From positions 2,412-66,411 of IMG/VR virus record IMGVR_UViG_3300035681_000021: a DNA stretch of 64,000 nt; one strand, written 5' to 3'. A model generated the notes under the pieces. It saw only the letters and a program-made list of their open reading frames with translations, searched no databases and was not told the DNA's origin. The position numbers and the translations under genes are program-made. This DNA is from a virus. Positions 1 through 12,400 of this stretch are shown here, piece by piece (position 1 is the stretch's first letter; each line of letters begins with the position of its first letter).

Positions 1-1001
1 AAAGTTTTGCTACATGGATTCCGGCTGTAACAAACCAAGCAGGTAGCTACCGGCTGAGTCATGGCTCACAAATTGTGACTGCCATGCAGACCCGCCAAGA
101 AATTTTGGTGTTGACGGATTCAGCCATTTATTCCATGCAGTACCTTGGCCCACCGTATGTCTGGAGTTTCCAGATCATGGGCGACAACATATCTATTGCT
201 GGGCCAAATGCGATAGCAACCGCTAACAACATCACCTACTGGATGGGTACAGACAAGTTTTACATGTACTCTGGTCGGGTGCAGACCTTGCCGTCTACCC
301 TGCGTGAATACGTGTTTAACGACATCAACCTTGAGCAAGCGTTTCAGTTTTGCGCGGGAACAAACGAGGGTTACAGTGAAGTATGGTGGCAGTATTGCTC
401 TGCCAACTCATCCGTGGTTAACCGCTATGTGATCTACAACCACTTGGAAAACACTTGGTATTACGGCGACTGGGACAACTACCAGAATCTAAACCAAGGC
501 CGCACAGCATGGTTGGACAGTTCCCTTCGTTCATTCCCAATGGCAACCACATACGGCGTGGCAGGTGGCAACTCAAACGCACAGCTTCTGTACCATGAGA
601 GCGGAGTGGATGACGGCACAGTGAACCCGTCCGTGCCTATTGTGGCGCAGGTGACTTCTTCTGATTTTGACATTGGGGATGGACACAACTTTGGGTTTGT
701 CTGGAGATTGATCCCTGACTTGACGTTTGACGGATCGAATGTGAACCAGCCGACCGCCATGTTCACGGTACTGCCTCGCGCCAACTCAGGTGCGCCGTAT
801 GGCAACTCAAACAACCCTGATGTGGTCAGTACGCAGAACTACCAGAACACCAGAACCTATGCCATCCAAGAGTTCACCCAACAGGTGTATGTACGGATTC
901 GTGGTCGTCAGATGGCGTTCAAGGTAAGTTCAGACGAGCTTGGTGTTCAGTGGCAGTTGGGTGTGCCTCGGATTGACATCAGACCAGACGGCAGACGCTG
1001 A
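1..1001 (+). CDS. Tail tube/stabilisation protein (P22 gp10 / T7 gp12-like), 5'-truncated
   Basis: Frame is open from the window start; beta-rich protein ending RIDIRPDGRR, located just before the ejection-protein genes. Confidence 0.65.
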   Translation, partial: SFATWIPAVTNQAGSYRLSHGSQIVTAMQTRQEILVLTDSAIYSMQYLGPPYVWSFQIMGDNISIAGPNAIATANNITYWMGTDKFYMYSGRVQTLPSTLREYVFNDINLEQAFQFCAGTNEGYSEVWWQYCSANSSVVNRYVIYNHLENTWYYGDWDNYQNLNQGRTAWLDSSLRSFPMATTYGVAGGNSNAQLLYHESGVDDGTVNPSVPIVAQVTSSDFDIGDGHNFGFVWRLIPDLTFDGSNVNQPTAMFTVLPRANSGAPYGNSNNPDVVSTQNYQNTRTYAIQEFTQQVYVRIRGRQMAFKVSSDELGVQWQLGVPRIDIRPDGRR

Positions 1002-1645
1002 TGGCAACCATCATCAACCGATATCGCCCAGTCGTCCAGCCACGACTGCCAGCGGCTCCGAACGAGTACAACGCCGAGTTTATTGAGCAGTACTCAAACA
1101 TCCTGCGTCTGTACTTCAACCAGCTTGACAACCTGACCGGGGCGCTTTTGGGTGAGTCCGGCGGGCGGTTTATCCGCTTCCCGTACGGGGCGTTTTCCAG
1201 CGACCAAGATCAGGTAACCACGGCAAACACAGCCACGTTGATGACACTCAACACCACGGATTTTGCCAATGAGGTGTCGATTGCTACATCCAAGATTACA
1301 GTAGCCAATTCAGGTATATACAACCTTCAGTTTAGTGCGCAGTTTCAAAACACAGACGTGCAACTGCACGATGTTTATATTTGGCTGAAACAGAATAACG
1401 TAGACATCACAGGCTCAACCGGATTTGTCTCAATCCCCAACAGCCACGGCGGTACGCCCGGCCATTTAATCATTGGTTGGAATTATTTTTTGGAAATGGA
1501 TGCAAATGATTATGTAGAAATTTACTGGTCGCCAACCGATGCCGCTGTAACCATCCAGCATTTAAACGCTTCTGGTACGCCAACCAAGCCGTCTACCCAG
1601 TCTGTGGTAGCCACACTTTCGTTTGTCTCGGCACTCTCAACATGA
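1001..1645 (+). CDS. Virion protein with C1q/TNF-like C-terminal beta domain
   Basis: 214 aa; ITVANSGIYNLQFSAQF...DYVEIYW pattern; translationally coupled (TGATG). Confidence 0.5.
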   Translation: MATIINRYRPVVQPRLPAAPNEYNAEFIEQYSNILRLYFNQLDNLTGALLGESGGRFIRFPYGAFSSDQDQVTTANTATLMTLNTTDFANEVSIATSKITVANSGIYNLQFSAQFQNTDVQLHDVYIWLKQNNVDITGSTGFVSIPNSHGGTPGHLIIGWNYFLEMDANDYVEIYWSPTDAAVTIQHLNASGTPTKPSTQSVVATLSFVSALST

Positions 1646-1965
1646 CCCACACAACCAGCACCCCCACCGAGTACGTTCAGTTTGATGAAGTTGATGACAT
1701 CTGGATTCGGTCGTACACCATTGAGAAGGCGGGTTGTGGTTTATCCCAACACGTCCACGAACACCCCCATGCCACTCTTGTTTCTCGGGGCACTATTCAG
1801 GCTTGGCAGGACGGGGAAAATATCGGACAATTCACTGCCCCCGCTGTGCTCACAATTCCGGCTGGCAAGAAACACATTTTCAAAGCATTGACAGACGACG
1901 TGGTGCTTTGTTGCTTACACAATCTGCGTGGGACTGGCTTCGAGTCGCCCCAATTCAAGGAGTAA
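1642..1965 (+). CDS. Cupin-fold protein
   Basis: QHVHEHPHATLVSRG and IPAGKKH cupin motifs. Confidence 0.65.
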   Translation: MTHTTSTPTEYVQFDEVDDIWIRSYTIEKAGCGLSQHVHEHPHATLVSRGTIQAWQDGENIGQFTAPAVLTIPAGKKHIFKALTDDVVLCCLHNLRGTGFESPQFKE

Positions 1966-1968
1966 TTT

Positions 1969-3267
1969 ATGCCAGCGTTTGCTCTAACCGCCGCCGAGAT
2001 TGCAGCAGCCGAAGCGGCTGCTATTGCCGCCGCAGAAGCCGCCGCGATTCAAGCCGCACAAGTAGCCGCCGCAGAAGCCGCCGCTGCTGCCGCAGCCGAA
2101 GCCGCCGCTGCACAAGCTGCCACACAAGCTGCCGCCCAAGCAGGTACACAAGCTGCCGCCCAAGCAGGTACACAAGCTGCCACACAGGCATCGACAAGCG
2201 GTATTCAGGCTTTGGCGCAAGAGGTAGGCGCTACTGTGCAGCCCACAGGGATTGAAACGTTAAATGTGGCCCAAGCGCCTGTCGATGTCCCGCCGGGCTT
2301 CACTCCTGTTGGACAAGCTTCGGTTGACACTGCGATGAGTGCGATTACGCCCGCACCCAACATGTCTGCTCAAGCAGTTACGCCTAATTTTGATCCTACA
2401 AAGCCTTTTGCTAATCCCACATTAACCACACCCCCTGCTGACTTTGGCGCGGGCACTGGAGAAGCTCTTGGAAGAGGTTCTTATGCTTCATCATCCGCGT
2501 CTGCTGCACCCACTCCTGCGTCTACCATACCGCCAAGACCAGACAACGCCTTATATCAATTCCAAGGCCCCACCACTCCTGAAGGCTTGCAGACTGGGGC
2601 ACGTTTAGATAGTGCACTCCGACCGTCAGGAGACCCTTTCTACAACATCAATTCTGGGCACATCGACCAAACATTTGGTAGACCGGGTTTTGGTGTTAAC
2701 GATGTAGCGGTTGAACCCAGTGCAGTGAGTTCTGCCTTGCCAGCACAACCAGCGACTGGACTTCAAGGGTTGATTGATAAAAGCATAGCCTACGCAAAAG
2801 ATAACCCCTTGCAAACAGGTTTTGGTGCAATGTCGCTTTACAACATGCTTAATCAGCCCAAGCCTTATAAAAAAGAAAAGTACAAATCTACGTTTGACTC
2901 CAGCACATACAGGCCATACGAACCCACACCTCCTAACCCTCCTTACCGCCCTCAGTATCCACAGTATGCGCAAGGCGGTTTAGCTGATTTGGGCGGGTAC
3001 GCTGACTATGCTCATGGTGGGCGCATGCTTAAAGGGCCGGGGGATGGGATGTCAGACGACATACCTGCGACAATTGCTGGTAAACAACCCGCCCGCTTGG
3101 CCAACGAAGAGTTTGTAATTCCTGCCGACGTGGTTTCCCACCTCGGTAATGGCTCGTCTGAAGCCGGTGCCAAAGCGTTGTACAAGATGATGGACAGAGT
3201 TCGTCAAGCACGCACAGGCAACAAGAAGCAAGGCAAGCAAATCAACCCTGAGAAATTTCTCGCTTAA
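1969..3267 (+). CDS. Ala-rich internal virion/ejection protein
   Basis: RBS AAGGAG; low-complexity N-terminus; conserved-looking C-terminus GPGDGMSDDIPA...EFVIPADVVSHLGNGSS. Confidence 0.6.
   Translation: MPAFALTAAEIAAAEAAAIAAAEAAAIQAAQVAAAEAAAAAAAEAAAAQAATQAAAQAGTQAAAQAGTQAATQASTSGIQALAQEVGATVQPTGIETLNVAQAPVDVPPGFTPVGQASVDTAMSAITPAPNMSAQAVTPNFDPTKPFANPTLTTPPADFGAGTGEALGRGSYASSSASAAPTPASTIPPRPDNALYQFQGPTTPEGLQTGARLDSALRPSGDPFYNINSGHIDQTFGRPGFGVNDVAVEPSAVSSALPAQPATGLQGLIDKSIAYAKDNPLQTGFGAMSLYNMLNQPKPYKKEKYKSTFDSSTYRPYEPTPPNPPYRPQYPQYAQGGLADLGGYADYAHGGRMLKGPGDGMSDDIPATIAGKQPARLANEEFVIPADVVSHLGNGSSEAGAKALYKMMDRVRQARTGNKKQGKQINPEKFLA
2122..2181 (+). repeat. In-frame 24-bp tandem repeat (2.5 copies)
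   Basis: ACACAAGCTGCCGCCCAAGCAGGT x2 plus a partial copy; encodes TQAAAQAG. Confidence 0.9.
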
Positions 3268-3269
3268 AC

Positions 3270-3677
3270 ATGGCTTTGTATCAAATTCGCCCCAATGAGT
3301 TGCCGCAAGTGTGGCCAATTGCTGCCGCGTTGTTGCAAAAAGCTATTGACATCGACCCAAATGAAGTCACCATAGAGCAAGTTGAATATTCAGTACGCAC
3401 AGGCAAAACGTTTTTGCTGGTGTGGGATGAGCCTGATGAAGGAATTACTGGTGCGGTGACAGTGGATTTTATTGACTACCCCAGAAAGCGCGTGGCGCAT
3501 GTCAACTTAATGGGCGGCAAAGGGATAGTCAAAGAACATGTGTTTGAGGCTGCAAAAGAATGGATGCGCAGTTTTGGAGCTACAACAGCCCAGTGCTGGT
3601 GTAGAGAAAATTTAGTGCCAATGTATGAAAAGATGGGAATGCAATCCACCTATCAAGTCATGCGCATAAAACTGTAA
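3270..3677 (+). CDS. GNAT-like acetyltransferase-fold protein
   Basis: 135 aa; VAHVNLMGG...LVPMYEKMG pattern; typical position among ejection genes. Confidence 0.45.
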   Translation: MALYQIRPNELPQVWPIAAALLQKAIDIDPNEVTIEQVEYSVRTGKTFLLVWDEPDEGITGAVTVDFIDYPRKRVAHVNLMGGKGIVKEHVFEAAKEWMRSFGATTAQCWCRENLVPMYEKMGMQSTYQVMRIKL

Positions 3678-3691
3678 ACAAGGAGTTCATC

Positions 3692-4798
3692 ATGTCATTT
3701 GGCAGTCCAAGTTCCGGGCCAAACGAAACATACACACAGACATCCAACATACCTGAGTACGCTCAACCCTATGTTGAGCAGATGCTTGGCGCTGCGCGGG
3801 GAGAGATTTTTAATGCAGACGGCACAAGCATCAGACCGTACAAGCCGTTCAGCACCGACCCCAACGCGTACTTTGCTGGGTTCTCCCCCATGCAGCAGCA
3901 AGCACAACGGCAAGCTGCAAATATGCGGGTTGCTCCTGAAACAGGTATGGCTTCTGGGCTGGCCGGTGCCGCCGGTATGGGCGCTATGGGCATGCAGTAT
4001 GACCCGATGATGGCGCGGTCACAGCAGTTTGGCCAACGCCAAGCCGACCAGTACATGTCGCCGTACATGCAGAACGTGGTAAACGTACAGCAGGCAGCAG
4101 CCCAACGCCAAGCAGATATTGCTCGCACAGGCCGTAATGCACAGGCGGTGCAAGCAGGTGCTTTTGGTGGTTCTCGCCAAGCCATTATGGATGCCGAAGC
4201 TAACCGTGCACTGGCTGACCAGCAAGGAGCCATACAAGCCCAAGGGCTGCAAAGCGCATTTAGTCAAGCCCAGCAACAGTTCAACGCCGATCAAGCCGCA
4301 CGCATGCAAGCGCAGCAAGCCAATATTGGGCAACAGCAGTTTGGTTCTACCCTTGGTATGCAAGGACTTCAGACCGGGCTACAGGCCGCAGGCCAGTTGG
4401 GGCAACTTGGCCAGAATGTTTACGGCCAGCAAATGGGTATCAACCAGTTGCAGAACCAGTATGGCGCACAGCAACAGGCGCTGGAGCAGGCAAAGATCAA
4501 CCAGCAGATTCAAGACTACGCTACCGCACAACAATACCCCATGTTGCAGTTGGCCAATATGAACGCATTGACCCGTGGGTTGCCTATGCAAGCATCTACA
4601 ACACAACTATACCAAGCGCAACCAAGCATGGCTTCTCAATTGGCGGGTCTGGGCACTGCTGCTTACGGACTGTCTCAGTTAGGCGCTACTAACTCAGGCG
4701 GCACAGGCTCGGTTGCAGGCAAAGCCACGGGCGGCTCCATTAAAGAAAAGAAACGCCCAGCCGGTTTGGCTGAGTTGGCCCTGATGAAAATGCAGTAA
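3692..4798 (+). CDS. Gln/Ala-rich DNA ejection (pilot) protein
   Basis: YMSPYMQNV and GAFGGSRQA motifs; Q/A/G-rich helical composition. Confidence 0.6.
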   Translation: MSFGSPSSGPNETYTQTSNIPEYAQPYVEQMLGAARGEIFNADGTSIRPYKPFSTDPNAYFAGFSPMQQQAQRQAANMRVAPETGMASGLAGAAGMGAMGMQYDPMMARSQQFGQRQADQYMSPYMQNVVNVQQAAAQRQADIARTGRNAQAVQAGAFGGSRQAIMDAEANRALADQQGAIQAQGLQSAFSQAQQQFNADQAARMQAQQANIGQQQFGSTLGMQGLQTGLQAAGQLGQLGQNVYGQQMGINQLQNQYGAQQQALEQAKINQQIQDYATAQQYPMLQLANMNALTRGLPMQASTTQLYQAQPSMASQLAGLGTAAYGLSQLGATNSGGTGSVAGKATGGSIKEKKRPAGLAELALMKMQ

Positions 4799-4807
4799 GG
4801 AACACTC

Positions 4808-6433
4808 ATGCTTAACGTAAAAACTCTCACAGATACATTGTCCCGCATGGAGTTGCCGGACTTGCAGAAGTATGCTGCGATGCACAAAAACGACCCTTAT
4901 GTTGTTTCACTGGCACTGTCTATTGCAAACCAGAAAAAACAAATGATGGTCGGTAAAGCAGGCCAAGCAGGAATGCAGCCGCAGCCTAAAGTGGTTGACC
5001 AACAAATTACTCAGATGGCTGCTGCACCGCAGCAACAGATGCTTCCCGAAGATGTAGGCATTGGCCAACTCCCCGCCCAGAACATGCAAAACATGGCTGA
5101 AGGCGGCATTGTTGCGTTTGAAGATGGTGGCAGCGTGCCGGGGTATGCAGGCGGTGTGTTTACTGGGGAAGAAGATATGCCTGCGTGGCTTAAAGTTTTT
5201 CCTCCCGAGTCTGGCCTTCGCCGAGTGTATAGAGCGGCAAAACAATACGACAAAAATAACCCACAGCCGGTTATTCCTAAAACGGTAACTAGCCCATCTG
5301 GGCCGTTTGACTACCCCGCTGGTGCCAAGGTTGTTCCTCCTGCGCCCCCTGTTGCCACATCTAAGGCTCCACCACCTGCGGCTGCGGCTAAACCTGCGGC
5401 CAAACCTGCTGCTCCTGCGGCTGCTGCTTCCGCTGCGCCTGTTCCTGCTGCGGCTTTAATTGATCCGTTGGCGGGTCTTACAGCGTTGGATACAAAAGCA
5501 CCGACTGTGGAAGATTCAATAGCAGCTGCTAAAAAACTTGGTGACGACACAGAAGTGCGTAAAAAGTTAGAAGAGTATGTTGCAAGCCAAAAAGAAACTG
5601 GTGAAAAATCTATCAAAGCTTTTGAAACAGGTATTGCCGCACTGCCAAAATCGTATGAGAAATACGAAGCCCGCTTGCAAAAAGAAGAAGCTGAGGCCGC
5701 AACAGATAAACAAAAAGCAATGGGCATGTCTATCTTTAAGGCAGGGCTGGCCATGATGTCTGGCACATCCCAAAACGCTTTTGAGAATATTGGCAAGGGC
5801 GCAATGGTTGGGTTGGAAGACCAACAAGCAGCACTCAAAGACTTTAAGAAAGCCCAGCGTGAGCGCGATAAAGCTTTTGCCGATATTGAGGCTTCACGTC
5901 TGGCAGATCAACGTGGCGATTTAAAAACTAAGCTAGAGCTTGAGAACCGCGCCGCAGACAGAAACGCCAGTGCTCAAGGCAAGATGATAGATGGCATCGC
6001 CAAGTTGTTTGACACAAACACAACAAACGCTCGCGGTATTTACACCATCGGCCTTGAAAACGTTAACAGAAACAAGAGCACGATGTACACAACCGGGGCA
6101 GACATTGGCAAACAAAGAATGGCGGATGCAACAGCACTGCAACGACAAAGAGACGCAGATGCTGCCGCACTTGAACGTACAAGAATGCAAGCAAACGCAC
6201 TTTCACCGGAAGAGCGCGTCTTGTCAAACGACAAACTGTTTGGCAGAAAGATGCAATTGACCGCCGCCTCAGCAGGCGTGCGTGGCGATACAGCACTCAA
6301 AGAAGCGTGGGCCAAATCGCCGTATCTGCAAACACAGTACCCAAATGTGGATGACTACGTTAGAATGATGTCAGGCTCCTCTGGCACTGCTGGAGGCGAG
6401 TTCAAAGTCTTGGGGTCACGACCAGCCCCGTAA
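4808..6433 (+). CDS. Internal virion/ejection protein
   Basis: 541 aa, coiled-coil rich, Pro/Ala linker, RBS AAGGA. Confidence 0.55.
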   Translation: MLNVKTLTDTLSRMELPDLQKYAAMHKNDPYVVSLALSIANQKKQMMVGKAGQAGMQPQPKVVDQQITQMAAAPQQQMLPEDVGIGQLPAQNMQNMAEGGIVAFEDGGSVPGYAGGVFTGEEDMPAWLKVFPPESGLRRVYRAAKQYDKNNPQPVIPKTVTSPSGPFDYPAGAKVVPPAPPVATSKAPPPAAAAKPAAKPAAPAAAASAAPVPAAALIDPLAGLTALDTKAPTVEDSIAAAKKLGDDTEVRKKLEEYVASQKETGEKSIKAFETGIAALPKSYEKYEARLQKEEAEAATDKQKAMGMSIFKAGLAMMSGTSQNAFENIGKGAMVGLEDQQAALKDFKKAQRERDKAFADIEASRLADQRGDLKTKLELENRAADRNASAQGKMIDGIAKLFDTNTTNARGIYTIGLENVNRNKSTMYTTGADIGKQRMADATALQRQRDADAAALERTRMQANALSPEERVLSNDKLFGRKMQLTAASAGVRGDTALKEAWAKSPYLQTQYPNVDDYVRMMSGSSGTAGGEFKVLGSRPAP

Positions 6434-6451
6434 AAATTAGGATGTGCAGCA

Positions 6452-9400
6452 ATGCCAATTTACAGCGTACAAGGCCCGGACGGACGGATTTACGATGTGG
6501 AGGGGCCTGCTGGCGCTTCTGAACAAGACATTATTGCTGCTGTAAGACGGCAGTTAACTCCGCAACAGCCTAAAAAACCACAAGAAACTACGTTCGGTGG
6601 GCAAACCAAGGAATTCTTTAAAGGTCTTGTCCCCGGCGCTATTGGGCTTGTTGAACAAGCCGGTACTGGTATATCAGCACTGCTGCCAGAAGAACAAGAA
6701 AAAGCCACACAACAATACATTAAAGAAGTTGCGGCTACAGCCAAGGCTCCGTTTGCCGCTGCGCCGGGGTATGAAGACACGGTGGGGCGCAAGTTTGGTG
6801 AAGCCACAGGTTCTATCGCGCCGTTCCTTGCCACTGGGCCGTTTGGTCTGGCAGGGCGTGTAGCCGGATACGGCCTTGGTATTGGCGCTGGTGCTGGCAC
6901 ACAGGTAGAGAAGTCTGCCGCTGAAGGGGCTACAGAAGGACAACAAACTGCCTCCACTGCACTTGGTGCTGTGGTAGGCGCATCAGAGATGTTTGCCCCC
7001 ACACGTATTCTGAAACGTCTTGGGGAGCCTGTGCTTGAGGGTGCCACGTCGTATGTAAAACGTGCGTTGATGGCTGGCGGTGAGGAAGCCGCACAAGAAG
7101 CCGCAGCACAAGCCGCACAGAACATTATCAGCAAAGGTATATACAAACCTGAGCAACAAATCATTGAGCAGGTTGGTGAGTCTGCCGCCTACGGCGGTGC
7201 AGTCGGCGCGTTAGCGCAAGGGTTGTTGGACTTAGCTATTGGTCGTCGTGCGCCTACAACCCCGCTTACAGACGAGGTAAAACAAGCCCGTGAAGAAGCG
7301 GCTGCGCAGGCAGAACAAGAAAAGATACGGCTGAACAGCCCTGAGTACGCCCAAGAAGTATTCCAGAAGACGCAGGAATTGGAAGCGCAGCGCACGGCGC
7401 TCAAACAGCAATTAATTCCAATAAGGAAAGGCGAATCCCCAGAAACGGATTACGCACACAACCGTGAAATCAACCGCCAGATCGAGGCCATAAACAAAGA
7501 ACTCAAGCCATTGGCTGAGGAGTATGTGCGTGTCAAGCCTATTCTGAAACGTGCTGAGGAAGAAGCACGAGTTGCCAAGCTAACTCCGTATGAGTATGCG
7601 TTGGGCATGGAGCCTGAGGAGATTGGGCAGGCACCTGCTGAGCCTGAGCTGTATGAACAGCAGATTGCCGCGCCGCCTGCGGCACCGAAGGCGGGAGATG
7701 CTGCGGCGCGATATGCCGCTGAGAGCATCCAATTGGCCAACGAACAACAGCTTTCTAGTGAAAAATCCCCCAAAGATGCGGAGGCCGACTACGTTAAATA
7801 TTTGATGCGTAACCCCAACTTGGCTGAAGAAATTGAAAAAGGTAGATTGCAATTACCCGGCCTACCTACTGGTGTGCGTAACTCTGCCGTGTTGGACGCG
7901 TTGAAGTTGCAGCTTGCGCCCATGCGCAAGGAGAAGGCAACCGCAGAAAGAACTGCCTTTGAACAAGAGATGGGCACACGCAAAACAGCGTTTGGTGTTA
8001 CCAAACCAGAGAAAGAAACTCCAGAGATACAGGCGTTCACTTCGTACATGGACGACCTCAAGAGCCAGCGTGATGACGTTGGTGATGACATGTTCTTCAA
8101 GTACATGGTCGAGCCAAAGCTGGAGAAAATTAGTGAGGGTAAACCCCCAGTCATAGCGGTCAATCCACAGTTGATGCCGTTTGCCAACATCAAACTGGCA
8201 GAACGCTCACGGGAAAAAATAAACAGTCTGTTTGATGAAATAGATCAGGCTAATAAGGATAGAGATGTCGCACTGCGCTCAAATAACCAAGACGCTGCAA
8301 CAGCGGCGTTTGAAAGAGGCAACCAAGCGTTAGAACAGCTCAACGCTTTTACAGAACCCACGCCTGCTGGAGAACTGACAAAAGGAAGGTTCCCAAGCGC
8401 CAAGGTAAGCCCACAAGCCAGCGTCTACGCCAAAGAAGTGCTACGGGTGCGCAATGAACAGAACACGGCTTTAAACACAATTGAAGACAAGATTGACCGT
8501 TTGCGTCGCGGTGAAACGTTGGGTAAAAATGAGATGGCGGCTACTTCGCCAGCCATACTGGCTAAACAAGCTGAGGAAGCTCGGGGCAAGTACATCTCTG
8601 CGGTGTTGGAAGAAGCCGCCATCCACCGTCGTGTTGCTGGTAAACCCGCACTGACTTACGACGAAGCCATCAAGGCCTCGTCGCGCATTCATGATGTGGT
8701 GGGTGAATGGTTGAATCGCGCACAGGCAACGCCTGTAGCGCCTGAGTTTGAAGAAGTTGTGGTGCAACCAGCGCAGATGCGGGCAAACAAACTTGTCCGT
8801 GGCGCTGTTACCAAACGTGTTTTGAAGACCCGTGATCTGGCCACAACGCCATTGAATGAAATTGCACGCTTGAGTGATAAAGAAATCAAGCACTTCAAAG
8901 CGCAGATTGCCAAAGTTGTTGACAGCTTATCCCAACTGCCATCGCAGGTTTCACGTGAAACACCAGTACTGAAACAGCAGTTTGCCAGCACTGAAGCACA
9001 GAAAGTTGCTGAAGCCAAAGGTGAAACCGCCAAGACACTTGGTGGAGAACTACGCCGTCGCACAGAATTTGTGCGGAACTTGATGGCTAAGCCGCCTCTC
9101 AAGCCGTTGACAGAAGAAACTCGCAAAACGTTAAACCTGAAGTTGCTTGACCGCGCCGTTGACATCATGGACAGCGGCAAAGCCTCACGCGGTTTGTTGG
9201 ATGCTGTTGAACCTATTGTCACAAACTTGGCTGAAGGCCGTGAGGTTCTTTCGCAAGATATCCAAGCCCTTGATGATGCCATAAAGCTGTATGAACGTAC
9301 AGCCCAAGAAGGTGAGATTGCTGGTGAAGGCGCAGCAGGTCAAGGCCAGTTGTTCCCTGAGACCCGCAAAGACATTGGTTATATCCGTGCCACTCCCGCC

Positions 9401-12400
9401 AACTTTGCCAAATCCCCACAGATCAAGCCTGTGTGGGAAGCGCTGGATCAAGCACGCAAGCTCAAGGCAAAAACAGAAGCCAACCAGAAAGCGCGTTCTG
9501 TCAGAGACAAACAAGGCTTTGCGCAAGTTGAAGCAATAGAAGAACAACTTGAAGCCATTAAAAACCAAATGCAGTTTTTCCTGCTCAAGCCGGGAGACTT
9601 CAATATTGGCAAGTACTCGAATGCAGACATTGCAAAAATGTTTGCGTCATACCCAGAAGCAGGCGTTACAAAAGAAGACAAGCTGCTGATGGATCGGTAT
9701 TTGCAAGTGTCTAGACAAAGTATTGGTAAGACTGCTGAGCAAAAAGAACAAGCCATGTCCGTGTTTACTGAGGAAGAAAAACAAAAAGTAAACAGGTTAA
9801 TCCAAGACTTCAACGCAAGCAAAATTCCTGAGTACGAAAAGAACGTTAAGCAGGCGCTGCAAGCACTTTCATTGGGGCAACGCCTTGAAAGCACAAACAA
9901 TCGCTTAGTTGAGTTAATGCAAGACAACAATGCGGCTGTGCGTAAACAATCAGAAGCAGCCCGCAAAATTGTTGAGCCACTACTGGACAAGTTAAAGCTT
10001 ATCAAAGACAGTTTGCGTAACTCTGTTCTGTTGACTGATGGCCAACGCGCAATGCTTGATTCCGAAATTGCATTGCAAGCACAACGTGGCGCATACAAAG
10101 ACGCTATGGCCAAGGCGATGGGCAAAGCCCGTCAACGCCTGTCTGATACGTTGGGTGAATTGCTTGATCCTGAGATCGAACGCGCACGTCGTGCTTTGAA
10201 AGCTGCTAAGACACGTCTGGCCACAGTTGAGTCGCAGATTGAAGCGGCCAAGAAAGAAATGACTGAGGGTACTGGCCAAGCGCCAAACCTGATTAACAAC
10301 TTGCAGAAAGTGCAAGGGCTTGTTGAGAACATTGAAAAAGCGGAAACAGAACTGGCCGACTTGCAAGAAGCCCGTTTTGGTGAGATTGAGAACGATGTTG
10401 TTGTCACCGAAGCCATGTTGGACAAAGACCTCAAATCAGAACGCGAGTATTTAGAACTGCTTGAGCGTCAGTTGGCAGACATGCGCAAGGAATCTTTGAC
10501 CGCTGTTGAACTTGGTGGTCGTGGCGAACTGGGTAAGTTGAAGTACCCGTTCTCTGCACAACGTTTAGAAACGCAAGTAAAAACACAGCAAGCTGCGGTT
10601 GATGAAGCACAGAAACGTGCGAACGAATTCCAAAAAGATGTGGAAGTCTGGTGGCCTAAGGTTACTGCTGCGTTCAAGAAGGACGGCATTAGCATCAAAG
10701 ACTTGCCCGGTGCAGTGTTTAAGAAAGGCCGCAAAGTTGCGGACATCAGCACGCCGGAACAAAAGCGCCTTGATGATTTGCGTGACAAAGGTGTGCAAGC
10801 CGCAAAAGAAGTTGACGAAGCCGCAGTACTTCAGCGGGTCAAAGACAAACAAATTGAAATGTTTGATGATGAAATCTTTGACGCACGCGGTGAAGTGCAA
10901 TCGTTCATGGGGCCAGAAAACATGGAGCAGTTGGCCGACATCATGGCCGACCCCAAAACCACCAACGTCAAACGCGTACAGGCAACCCTCAAGCTGGGCG
11001 CTATGCAGAAGCTGGCTTCGTTGGAAGCACAGAAAGAAGTTTTTCTTACAGGCAAACCTGCACCAACACCCAAGGCAGCTACTGTGCCGAGCACTTCTGC
11101 GTTGGCGGCAGCTAAACCATTCCGTACTGGGTCAGGCGTAGCGAAAGCGTTTACTCCAGCAGAAATGGATGAGATGGCTCGTGCTGATATACGCGATGCC
11201 AACGAGCTGGCCAAAAAGATTCTGGGCACCAAAGCACCCCAGCTGAAAGAGCCAAGCAAACGCAAGCAAGGCAAGCTGCTTGACCCCAACATGGGGTTGT
11301 TTGACGACTTTGAATTTTCTCGTGGCACACCAGTTAAAGGTTTGACCAAGGCTGAGCTTGAAGCCGAACTTACCGCCGGTATGGGAGAGCCAGTTACTGG
11401 GCGCAATGTAGAAAAACAAATCGCTGACAAGTTGGCGGTGTATGAAGACCTTGATGATTACCTGAGCAAATTTAAACCTGCTTCTCGTGATTGGTATAAA
11501 GGGCAGATACCTAAAGACGCTAAAGGCTTTGTGCAAGATGGTAAAGCGGTACTGTTTGCCAACAACATTGGTAAAGGCCACGGACTGGGCGTACTGCTCC
11601 ACGAAGTCGGCGTGCATTTGGGATTTCGCAACTTCTTTAACGAAGGCCAGTACAACGCGTTGGTTAAGACAGTCAAAAACTGGGCGACCAAAACTGACGA
11701 TTCAATGGAAGCGCGTGTTGGTAAAGCCGCCATGCGCAGGGTTGAAGCTGCGCAAACACCTGAAAATCAGATTGACGACGAGTTGTTGGCGTACGCTGTT
11801 GAAGAAGCCATGCAGATGGGTGTAGAACCTGTTGGCGTTAAAGGCGGCAACGCAGTTAAGAATTGGTTGAAGATGGTGGTGGACGGGTTCAAGAAAGCGC
11901 TTGAGAAGTTTGGCATCAGCGCCAAGAACTTGACTGCGGGCGACTTGGTTAACTTTGCCTACGGCGCAGCGCACCTTGAACTTAAAGGAACTTGGCACGG
12001 CACAGGTGTTAAGTTTGATATGTTTGACCACACCTATATGAGTTCTGGTGAAGGCGCTCAAGCATTTGGCTATGGTACATATCGTGCACAAAGATACGGC
12101 ACCGCTGACTACTATCGCGATGTTGCACAAGGTTCGCAGCTTAAAAAATGGTTGGAGCGGCCTGATGTGCAAGCGTGGAGAGCTAGTCAAAGGCCAGAAC
12201 TAATACGTAAAGCGCCCGACGTTGTTCCTGACTGGATGCTTGAAAACGCAATAGAAGAAGCGGCAAACCCGTATGCAGGCATTTCTCCACACATGATGTT
12301 TACGGATTCTATTGAACGCCAAATAAAAGAGTTGAAAGATTTGCGCAGCGACCCCAACATGCAGGATGTTGGTTTTGGTATTCAAACAGACAAAGAGTTT

